64,000 nucleotides of DNA from Thraustochytrium aureum (lineage: Eukaryota). A program made the translations under genes and the position numbers. The DNA lies in assembly GCA_012862495.1 (NCBI GenBank), contig BLSG01000310.1, positions 154,592 through 218,591 of the forward strand, written 5' to 3'. Below are positions 20,318-31,102 of the stretch, in pieces; the stretch's first letter is position 1; each line of letters opens with the position of its first letter. A model generated the notes under the pieces. It saw only the letters and a list, made by a program, of their open reading frames with translations, had not been told where the DNA came from and did no database searches.

Positions 20318-21616
20318 CTAATCCTCATTGAGGAAGTCGTCGAGGTCAAAGTCGTCGTCCTCGGCAGGAGGCGGCGGAGCCTCTTCGCCGTCCCAAGGCT
20401 CCGCAGTAGCAAATGCCGGCCAGCCCGCCTCGGAAAACTCGCCGAGCGACTTGGGGCTCGAGGCGAAGGCAGCCAGCGAAGAGGCATCCATCTTGTTGGA
20501 ACCCCGCATAATGAGCCCGAGCTCCTTGGACTGGTGCTTGCGCAAGAACAAGACCGCCGGGAACCCAAAGCCGAGGCTGTAGGCGGCCTCCCACTCGGGC
20601 TGCGAGCCTGCCGCGAGCCAGCCGAACTTGAGGTGGCGCGCGTTGCGCTGGGCCTCGGTGATGTGCTCGATGTAGGCATCGCGGCCGGCCTTGCCAGAGT
20701 CGAGCAAGTCGGGCAGAAAGACGAGCACGCACTTGTTGTCCTCGCAGAGCTCGTCGAAAGCGCCCTGCGAGGTGATCTCAGGGATCTCGATGGTCACCTT
20801 GCCACCGTGGCGCTCAAACTCGCTCAAGGCCCACGTGGTGATCGCCTGAGCACTCCGCTCAAGCTGGTAGTCTACTGCGCTGCGATCGTCCTTGTTGAGG
20901 ACACCGGGGAGAAAAAACTTGATCGTGGGAAACCCCTGGATCCCGAACCGCTGCGCCAGGCGCTCGTTTGCGGTGGCGTCGACCTCGGCGACCACCACGC
21001 CGGTGCCCTCGAGCTGTTCGGCGGCTTGCTGGAACTCTGGCGCGAGCGCCTTGCAGTGCCCGCACCACGGCGCGACAAACCTGAGATAGAGCGGCAACAG
21101 GTCAGCGGCAACAGGTCAGCGGCAACAGGTCAGCGGAACGGCCTTTCCAGCCAGCCAGATCCGCCGCACAGCCATCCGAAGTTTGAAACGAATCGAGGAC
21201 CAACCTCTCGAGGCAAGGAGCAAACAGGACCCAAGCAAGCAAGCGCATTGGCAAACAAAACGTACGCCACCATGAACGCCTCGTCCGATTTCATGACCAC
21301 ATCGTCAAAGTTGTCGTCGTCAAGCTTCATCGGCTTGCCCTTGGGCCGCTGCTGCTTGCCGCTGGCCCCGCTGCCGCTGGAAGGGCTCGATACGCGAGAA
21401 AACACCACACTCTGCACTTCGGTGAGCACCTTTTTCAGGACGGCCTGCACGTCGATCTTCCCGGATGAGGTGGCCAGCGACTTGGGCACCTTTTTCGCCT
21501 TGTCCGGCCCGAACAGCTTGAGGCCCATTTTTCCTGCGCTGCAGGTCTTGTCCACGCTGGCGTCGACGACGCCCACTTTGATCCCGGTCCCGGAGAGAGC
21601 CGCAGCAATCTGGCCT
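20318..21616 (-). CDS. PDIA6: Protein disulfide-isomerase A6 (P5)-like; 5' part in gap; one intron 21081..21265
   Basis: The spliced product reads VMKSDEAFMVA|FVAPWCGHCKAL...GIQGFPTIKFF, followed by a P5-type b domain (CVLVFLPDLLDSG...GFGFPAV) and PWDGEE acidic tail. Confidence 0.85.
21081..21265 (-). other. Spliceosomal GT-AG intron (185 nt) in PDIA6
   Basis: Donor GC|GTACGT at 21265 and acceptor CTCAG|G at 21081. Removal restores the frame and the thioredoxin motif MVAFVAPWCGHC. Confidence 0.9.
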
Positions 21617-22682
21617 NNNNNNNNNNNNNNNNNNNNNNNNNNNNNNNNNNNNNNNNNNNNNNNNNNNNNNNNNNNNNNNNNNNNNNNNNNNNNNNNNNNN
21701 NNNNNNNNNNNNNNNNNNNNNNNNNNNNNNNNNNNNNNNNNNNNNNNNNNNNNNNNNNNNNNNNNNNNNNNNNNNNNNNNNNNNNNNNNNNNNNNNNNNN
21801 NNNNNNNNNNNNNNNNNNNNNNNNNNNNNNNNNNNNNNNNNNNNNNNNNNNNNNNNNNNNNNNNNNNNNNNNNNNNNNNNNNNNNNNNNNNNNNNNNNNN
21901 NNNNNNNNNNNNNNNNNNNNNNNNNNNNNNNNNNNNNNNNNNNNNNNNNNNNNNNNNNNNNNNNNNNNNNNNNNNNNNNNNNNNNNNNNNNNNNNNNNNN
22001 NNNNNNNNNNNNNNNNNNNNNNNNNNNNNNNNNNNNNNNNNNNNNNNNNNNNNNNNNNNNNNNNNNNNNNNNNNNNNNNNNNNNNNNNNNNNNNNNNNNN
22101 NNNNNNNNNNNNNNNNNNNNNNNNNNNNNNNNNNNNNNNNNNNNNNNNNNNNNNNNNNNNNNNNNNNNNNNNNNNNNNNNNNNNNNNNNNNNNNNNNNNN
22201 NNNNNNNNNNNNNNNNNNNNNNNNNNNNNNNNNNNNNNNNNNNNNNNNNNNNNNNNNNNNNNNNNNNNNNNNNNNNNNNNNNNNNNNNNNNNNNNNNNNN
22301 NNNNNNNNNNNNNNNNNNNNNNNNNNNNNNNNNNNNNNNNNNNNNNNNNNNNNNNNNNNNNNNNNNNNNNNNNNNNNNNNNNNNNNNNNNNNNNNNNNNN
22401 NNNNNNNNNNNNNNNNNNNNNNNNNNNNNNNNNNNNNNNNNNNNNNNNNNNNNNNNNNNNNNNNNNNNNNNNNNNNNNNNNNNNNNNNNNNNNNNNNNNN
22501 NNNNNNNNNNNNNNNNNNNNNCAATACTTAGTCTGTGATTCTGCGCAAGGCGAGGCGCTGCGGCGCGCCGGGTTTCCGTGCTGCGGCGTTCGTGTCTTGG
22601 GCAGGCGTCGAGGCTCGCCGCTCGACCTCGCCTGCTCCTCTCCAGTCGAAGGCGTCGCTTCGCGCCTTGCTGCCACACGCCA

Positions 22683-24486
22683 ATGGACCTGCTCGAGGCG
22701 GGCGGCCACGACGTTGGCAAGGCGGAGAGCGAGTTTGGGCTGGGCAAGCATGCGAGAGAGGCGGCCGTCTCGCGCCCTCCGCATGCCTTCCAGCAGGACG
22801 GGTCGCAGCTCATGGCCTCCGCCCTTGCCGTTGCTGAGCAGCACGACGACTTTGCGGAGGCCACAGCCGAAGCAAGCTCGATCGCGAGGCGAGAGGGCCG
22901 CGACGCCGTCGTCGCCACGATCGACCACGACGCAGGCGGCGACGAAGACGAAGAACCTGGACTTCGCGACCGAGCGCAGCAGCCCGCCGCGCAGGCGCTT
23001 GCAGCCCTAGCCAGCAACTCGCACAGCGCCGCCTCCCAGAACGAGGACGACAGCGGCACCAAGGAGCTCCCGTCAGAGTTTGCTGGTCTCGAGGACGCTC
23101 CTAGCCAACCACACGGCGGCGCATCGTCGCGGCGCCCTTCGCGAGACGGGCACAAACCTGAACGGCGGCGGCTCCCGGTCTCCAAGAAGAGCTGCTGTTG
23201 TGGCGCGGACGTGTGTCGAGACTTGTCCAAAAAGTTTTTGCTCCACGGGGACGTCAGGGCGGGTCACGTCAGTGTGCCGGCCCTGGAGGTCAAGTACAAC
23301 ATGGCCAAAAACGCGTTTCTGCGCAAGCGATGGCTCGAGTGCTTAAACTTCACGGAGGAGACCAAGGTGATCAAGAGCAACAAGGACGTGCGCATATCCA
23401 AGGCGCACTTTCGTCTCTCTTGCTTTCAAGACGGCAAGCTCCGCCGCTGGCGGATGGGGCGGCACAGCATGAACGACGCTGACGTCTATGTCTCGGGGAG
23501 GCGGAAAGAAACGCTCGCAGTGCCAACAGTGCGGAACGAGGAGATGGCGGAGGAGCTCAAGCGGATCCGCGCTGGCATGTACGAGCCGTCTGTTCCGTTG
23601 CCGGAGGAGCGCAGGCGGGACGAGGTCGAGCAGCGCATGGCCAGCTACATGGAGGAGAACGAGCGCCTGCGGCAAGCCAATGAGCAGCTTTTGCAAGAAA
23701 AGGCGGAGGCTGTCGAGTCAGCGAACCGCCTCAGCGCTTCCATGCGGCGCGAGCTCCAAGCACGGGACAAGAGGCTGGCCGTGTACGAAACCAGGCTCCG
23801 CGACTTTGAGGATCGCGGCGGGGACCCGACCATGGCGCTCGTTGCCAAGGACAACCGTATTCGAGAGCTAGAAGCGCAAGTCCGACAGCTCCGCGAGGCG
23901 CACGAGCTGCTTTCGGAAGAGTTGTCCTCCAAGGCACGCCGTCCTGGCGAGCCACCCTTGCTGGCCCCGCCTGGCAAGCGTTTGCGGGCGGACTCGACAA
24001 TTGCAGACGCTGGCCTTGTAACAGGCCTCCTCCACCCTCCCGGGCAGCTCCATCGCCACCAGCACCAGCAGCTCGACCGCGACCCCCGTCACCTGCGTAC
24101 CGAGGAACACAGCAACAACATGAGTCTCCACCACCACCACGCCAACCNNNNNNNNNNNNNNNNNNNNNNNNNNNNNNNNNNNNNNNNNNNNNNNNNNNNN
24201 NNNNNNNNNNNNNNNNNNNNNNNNNNNNNNNNNNNNNNNNNNNNNNNNNNNNNNNNNNNNNNNNNNNNNNNNNNNNNNNNNNNNNNNNNNNNNNNNNNNN
24301 NNNNNNNNNNNNNNNNNNNNNNNNNNNNNNNNNNNNNNNNNNNNNNNNNNNNNNNNNNNNNNNNNNNNNNNNNNNNNNNNNNNNNNNNNNNNNNNTCCAC
24401 CAGACCACCTCGCGCTCGACCACCACGACCCGGGCCGCATCCTGCACCACGACGCAGCTTCCAGGCCGCCGCACGCGTCGTTCTAG
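22683..24486 (+). CDS. THAP-like zinc-binding domain protein with coiled coil and His-rich C-terminus; end inferred across gap
   Basis: CCCGADVC...VP...RKRWLECL...RISKAHF...AVPT follows the THAP pattern. Heptad-rich EENERLRQANEQLLQEK...RIRELEAQVRQL. A His-rich frame after the gap ends at TAG 24484-24486. Confidence 0.65.
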
Positions 24487-25521
24487 CACATCGGTGCGGC
24501 GGCGCCTGCCAGCCGGCCGTGCGATGGAGCGAGTTTGCCGAGGCAGCCTGCGCGTGTTCCGCCACCTCGTCGTGCACAGCCTGTCGTCCGCCAAAGCCAT
24601 CGATGAAAACACGAGCAACCCCGCCGGCAATCTCCTAGCGCCACCGAAGATACACCGACGCCGAGCAGCAGCAAAGAGCGAAACACGCGCGAAAGGAGCA
24701 GCGCGAATGGCCCAGCGTGCAGGGTGAACGATCAAACCAACGACGCTGCTCCTCAGCCAGCCAGCGTCCTTGCCGGGCAAGCAGGCAGGCTGGCTGGCTG
24801 GCAGGCTGGCTGGCTGGCTGGCTGACGAGCGTGGACCAATCTCAATCTGCACGTAGGAGTGCTCATCAGCGCTCTACTCTACACCGCTAGAGGAGTAAGT
24901 GGAGTACTCACTCTGCGGTAGGCCTACCCTACTCTTCGTGCAACTGCCCGCCTTCCTGCCCGCCTTGTGCCAGAGAGCACGCAGGCGTTCGCGGCTCCAA
25001 GGCGCCCAAACCGCTGGCAAGTTGCGAGCAAGATTCAACGCAGGGGGTTGGCCCTGTCACTGTGGCCCCCGACTCGTCCGGGTGTTCTGCCTTTGCGATT
25101 GGTGAGTGATGATGAGTGGGAGTTTGGTTGAGGTACAAACGTGGAGTGCACAATGGTGGTGGCAAAAGTTGCTCGTACTCTCGACTTGGACAGATCCCGA
25201 TCGAGGCCCACCCCGAGCTGCTGGTGCTGCTGGTGCTGGCACTACTTGCGCAGCCAGATCGGCACTCTGCAAGCGGCTCGCTGAGGCGGCGCAAGCTTCT
25301 GGGCGGTTTCGCCCTCCGCGTTGTGCTACGAGCGTGAAACGAGGCCTGCAAACCACGCACGCGTGCACCGCGCGGCGAGACGAGGCCCGCAAGCCACGCA
25401 CGCCTGGTGCCGGGGCCCGCCGTACTGCACGGTCGCGGCTCTGCCTGCTCGCGGCTCTGCCTGGCCGGGCCGCACACTTGAGAAGGCTTCCAGCTGCCCT
25501 GTTTGGCCAAAGCCTGCCGAG

Positions 25522-28500
25522 ATGAGGCTGCTGGTCGTGGGCCAAAAGGTCACCGTGCGGCTGTCGCGCTGGAACGAAAACACGCAGACCTACGAGCTAA
25601 CATGCTCATACCAGTCCGCAGAGCGCAGCCTCGAGTGGAAGCTGAGCAAAACCCCCGTTGAGTTGACGCGGTTTTCGCGCAAGGTCAAGGGCAAAATGGA
25701 CGGCGTCGTCCCGCTGCGGCGCAGCTGGTGCAGCGGTCCGCCAACAACCGAACAGGTCGAGGTGTTCCTCGACTCGGTCTTTGGCAAGGCTGCCGGTGGA
25801 TGGTTGTCCGCGATCGACGTCGAGGAAGGCTACCTGAGTGCGGCGATTGCGGAGTGGCGGAGCGACCTTGCGAGCCGGCGACGCTCGGTCCACCGCTCCA
25901 AGCCCAAGCCGCCCAACAAGTTTGAAGAGGGAGACGCAATACGCGCTGCTGCTTTTGACGGCGTGGTGGGCGCTCCGCCCGGCCTTGCCGACATTGACCG
26001 CGGCACGGACACAGCGGTGGCCTCCAAAGAAGCAGAGCAAGCGCGCGGCATCATCAAGCTGGACGCAGTCCTTTCCGAGTTTCTGCAGCTCTCGGTGGCT
26101 TCGCTCAAGAAGGAGCTCCACTTTGACGGCAAGTACCCAGAGGGCTACCTGCACAAGGCGCCGATCTACTACCACGACGAGCTGTGGTTCATGAACGTCA
26201 TTGTGATCATGCAGTTCGTGCTGGCCGCTGTCTCGGTGCTGGTCGCCTATTACATGTGGTCCTTTTGGCCACTCGTGGCCGGGGCCGGCGCACTCGTGCT
26301 CGTCTTGCTCATGCACGTCTACCTCTCGCGGCCAACGGAACCCGGGCGCACCACTGTCCTCCCGTGCTGCTTCATCCCTGGCCTGGGCCAGGTGAGCATC
26401 CTGGGCTACATCGTGTACGACTACCTGATCAGGCAAAACAGCAAGCGCTGGTGCGTGTTCCGGCCCGGCTACATCGCCTACTTTGAGAGCAACTACGACA
26501 ACGAGCCGCGCGGCGTTTTCATGCTCGACAAGAAGAACACGCACATCCGCAGCCCGTGGTGGCACTTTTGCAACCCGTTCGTGCTCCAAATCGCCAACAA
26601 CGACCAGACGCTCTCCCTGCACGCGAAATCCGCCCAAGAGATGCGTCGTTGGCGGGCCACGATCGAGACAACGTGCGCGCTTACCGCGCCAAACCGCCTG
26701 AGCCTGCCCAAGGCGTTCATTCGCCCGCGCGACATGTTTGGCCAGCGCGCCAACGTGCCCGCGCAGTGGTACGCCGACGCGCGCTTCTTCTACCGCGACG
26801 TGTACGACGCGATCAACAAGGCGCAGCACGAGGTGTTCATAACGGGCTGGATGATCTCGCCAGAGCTACAACTCGTGCGCAGCGAGGACGCCTCGGACCT
26901 GCCGCCAGGAACCGACACGTCCCTCGAGAACGTATTGGGCCAGGCCGTCCGGCGCGGCGTCAAAGTGCACGTGCTCTTGTACCGGGACGTCGAGATGGCG
27001 CTCCCGAACAACTCGCGCCACGCAAAGGAGCGCCTCGTGGCGCAGGGCGTGCAGATCATCCGCCATGCCGCGTTCAGCAGGGCGTCGGCTCCACCAACCA
27101 CATTTTTCCNGGCCTCGGGGCCGTGACGTGTGGTGGAGCCATCACGAGAAGATCGTGGCCATCGACCAGGCGCTCGCGTTTGTGGGCGGCGTGGACCTTG
27201 CCTTTGGGAGGTACGACTCGCACGAGCACCGTCTGGCAGACCCGGAGGCCCAGACGTGGCCTGGCAAGGACTTTTACAATGTGCGCATCAAGGAATTCGA
27301 GCACTTGGAAGACCCGCACACCGACCTGGTCGACCGCAAGGTCCAGGCGCGCATGCCCTGGCACGACATTCACTGCTCGGTGAGCGGCAACGCCGCCCGC
27401 GACGTCGCCCGGCACTTTGTGGCCCGCTGGAACCGCGAGCTTCGCCAAGGCTCGTCTTTTCAGGCAATGCGCAAGTCCGATTACCGGTACCTCTTGCCGG
27501 CGGCCTACGAGTACAGCGTCCTGGACGAAATCAAGCCGCTGCCGTACGTGGCCTCGGCAGCCAAGCTGCTGCGCTCGATCGGCCCCTGGTCGCTGAGCGC
27601 TGCGCTTGAAAACTCGATCAAAAACAAGTACCTCGAGCTCATCACGGAAGCCGAGCGGTTTATCTACATCGAGAATCAGTTCTTCAACGCCCCCGACATC
27701 GCAGACGCGATCGCGGACCGGCTCTGGCAGGCCCTAGACGACGGCGTCGAGTTCCGTGTGATCGTCGTGCTGCCGCAGTGGCCCGCCTTTGAGGGCATGC
27801 CTTCGACAACCCGCAAACCAAGATCGNNNNNNNNNNNNNNNNNNNNNNNNNNNNNNNNNNNNNNNNNNNNNNNNNNNNNNNNNNNNNNNNNNNNNNNNNN
27901 NNNNNNNNNNNNNNNNNNNNNNNNNNNNNNNNNNNNNNNNNNNNNNNNNNNNNNNNNNNNNNNNNNNNNNNNNNNNNNNNNNNNNNNNNNNNNNNNNNNN
28001 NNNNNNNNNNNNNNNNNNNNNNNNNNNNNNNNNNNNNNNNNNNNNNNNNNNNNNNNNNNAGCATATCACCATGGACTCGATCATCAAGCGCGTCCGCTCG
28101 CATCCCAGCGTGCGCACGCATGCCGATGTCGCGGCTCGCATCGGGTTTTTCTCGTTGCGCCGCGCCGAAGTGCTGGCCGGCAAGGCCGTGTCTGAGCAGG
28201 TCTATGTGCACAGCAAGCTCATGATCGTCGACGACGAGCGCCTCATCATTGGCTCGGCCAACCTCAACCAGCGTAGCTTGCGCGGAGACCGCGACTCGGA
28301 GGTTTGCATCTACATGCACGCCCCAGAGCTCGCCCACGACTTGCGCTGCGCCTCTTTATCGAGCACCTCGGCCTCCACTCGGCCTCTTGCGCGGGCTGCA
28401 GGCAGTGCTCGCTCTCGCGGCGGGACGGTGCTTCGCGCCTCAATAGCGACGCGTATGCCAAGGTCAAGGACCCGTTCACCCCGCTTTGGGGGGAGGTGGC

Positions 28501-28872
28501 AAGGTCGAATACGACGATCCTGGAGCACATGTTTCCGGGCGAGCAGCCCCGCAACGAGTACACGACTGTGAAGAAGGCCAAGCGAGGCTTTAAAGCAGCA
28601 GCGCAGGCGAACGGTGCGGAGGACGTGCAGCGGCGGCAGAAGAGCAAGCACAACCCGGTCGACCCGGCAGAGGAGGAGGNGAGGAGGAGGAGACTGACGA
28701 GGCCAAGGAGGCGGCTGCGCTGGCAGCGACGGCTGCTTGTGTGGCGCAAGTCGAGCAGCTCCAGGGCCACCTTGTCGCCACGCCGCTCCGGTTCCTCCGC
28801 GACGAGAAGCGGCTCTTGCCCAGGGTGACGCAGATTACTACATACATTCTGCCCACGGCGACGTTTACATAA
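25522..28872 (+). CDS. PLD: Phospholipase D (PX/PH type) with transmembrane insertion; frameshifts ~27110, ~28350, ~28680 and a gap
   Basis: HKD1 WSHHEKIVAIDQ and HKD2 VYVHSKLMIVDD...IGSANLNQRSL. Also RMPWHDI and YIENQFF. The C-terminus GHLVATPLRFL...LPTATFT* resembles the PLD1/2 terminus. Confidence 0.92.
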
Positions 28873-29103
28873 ACTGGCCGACGGCAACGGCGCGCTCGCT
28901 TGCCCACCTTGGTGCGGACGGCGCGCCCGAATAGCTGTTTTACAAAGAATTTTGACAAGAACCCGCCCGCCTGCTGCTTGCCCGATTGTGCGACCCCTAG
29001 AGCGGGTGCAGCCCGCTCTGTACACAAGCTGCGAGCCCAGCTAGAAGCTGACCAGCCAAGGAAGGAGACCGCAGCAGTTCAGATTCGAGGCAGAGAAAAG
29101 GCC

Positions 29104-30944
29104 TCACCGGCTGGATCCACCAGCCCCGCTCGAGACCCAATGCATTATGTCGTCGTCCTTGGAGGGCTTTGGCGGCTGCGGTTTGTCGATGAGATCCCAC
29201 GGGTCGTCAGAGTCCTCAGCGCCGTCGTCCGGCGGGCCGCCGCGTCCACCGGGTCCACCCGGGCTGCTATCCCTCGGCACGTCGCCGGACGACCTGCGCC
29301 GTGGCGAGTCGCCGGAGGCAGCATAGGCGCCTGGTTGGCCCGAGACTCGGAGGCCGGCCGCCGGCCTCGCGTCAGCCACCGTGCCGCGGCGTGCGGTAAC
29401 CTGCCTAGCCAGAGCTGCTGAGGCACCCCGAGCTGGGCCGATGGCGCCAGCTGCAGCGGAGGAGAGCGAGGCCAGCGCCGAAACTGCGACCGACCCTAGC
29501 CCTCCCGCAGCTGCAGCAGCCACCGAAGCGGCGCGCTCGCCGACAGGCGCCTGGAGCGGCACGCGCAGCGGCCTGCCCGCGGGAACGCGACCGACGCGCG
29601 AGTCAGCCTCAAGGAGGCTCTGGTGCACCGTGTTGCCGAGCGACGGTGAGTGAAAGAGCTGCCACATGCAATGGAGCAAAGTCCAGTCCTTTACGAAGCT
29701 GCTCGGGATGCCCTGGTAAAAGCAAAGGGCCTCGACGTTCTTGCGCAGCATGATCATGCCAGTCTCTAGCGCCAGGCCGGTCCCCGTCAGCAAGGTCTGC
29801 GGTTCGCCGTCGCCCCAGCGCCCAATCGAGGCCTTGCAGCCCAAAAACTTCATGCTGAACGGCAGCGGCAGGCCCAGGTAGCTCGAGGCGATAAGTAGCA
29901 CGCGCACGACGATGGCCACGGCTGCTGCTCGCGCGTCCTCGTTCATGGCGCGCAGCTGACGCAGGTCGGAAGGCAGAGACAGGTTGGCGATGGTCTCTGC
30001 CTCTGGGCTGCCGAGCGCCGCGCCCTCCGCTGTTACCGGACGATTCTATCGGGAACAGGTCGACGAGCTGCATGATGAGCTTTTTGCGCTCCAGCGAGAC
30101 GCGATCCTCAAAGTCTTCGAGCTGCATCGCAAGCCCCTGGAGCATGGCGCCGGCCACGCCCCGTTCCCCGAGCATCATCGCGTGCGTGTGGTGGAGCGCG
30201 GCGTTCGCCTCGCCGAGTAGCCTCTGCCGCTCGCGCAGCTGCGACTTGCGGCTCCGCAGCTCGGCCGTCTCCTTCTGCAGAGCGGCTCGAGCGGCGGCCG
30301 CCTCTGCCTCGAGTCGACCGACGTTCCTCCTCAGCTTGTCCATCAGCCGCTTGGTCGCCTGCGCCTTCGCATTCATCTGCGCCTTCCTCTCCACCTTGGC
30401 GGCCAGGCAGGCCGTCTCAGCTCTCTGCGCATCCACGTTGCGCTGCTGTTCCCTGACGACCTTGCCCACGCAGCTCCCGCAGGTCAACTGCCCACTCGCT
30501 CGCAGCACACAGGGCAGGTCTCCATCGCGGAAGGCCTCGAGACGCACCCAGCCCCTGCGCCTGCGCCTACGCTCCGAAGGCAANNNNNNNNNNNNNNNNN
30601 NNNNNNNNNNNNNNNNNNNNNNNNNNNNNNNNNNNNNNNNNNNNNNNNNNNNNNNNNNNNNNNNNNNNNNNNNNNNNNNNNNNNNNNNNNNNNNNNNNNN
30701 NNNNNNNNNNNNNNNNNNNNNNNNNNNNNNNNNNNNNNNNNNNNNNNNNNNNNNNNNNNNNNNNNNNNNNNNNNNNNNNNNNNNNNNNNNNNNNNNNNNN
30801 NNNNNNCGATCAAGTAGTACGTCCTTCTTGGAGGACGACCAGGAGGCGAGACCTACTGCGCCGTCGAGTTCGTGCATTGCAATCGACTGGCAGACACCGA
30901 CTTGGAGAAGCAGCTGCTGCGGGGGCTGCGGCTGGCTCTTGCAT
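29104..30944 (-). CDS. VPS38/UVRAG (ATG14-related) class III PI3K complex subunit; start uncertain, gap and frameshift ~30020
   Basis: CxxC (TCGSC), long coiled coil, QLVDLFPI, SSYLGLPLPFSMKFLGCKASI and MLRKNVEALC (BARA2-like). C-terminal WDLIDKPQPPKPSKDDDIMHW resembles the plant VPS38 terminus as I recall it. Confidence 0.7.
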
Positions 30945-31102
30945 GGGCGGCGGCAGAAGCAGAGCACCAGCGCAGCACCAGCTTCAGCGGATCCAGCAGC
31001 ACCAGCTTCAGCTTCAGCAGCAGCAGAAGCAGCAGCACGGGCTGGGGTAGATGGACGGACGGACGGAAGGACGGATGGCTGAAGCCCATTGTTGTATTAG
31101 CT

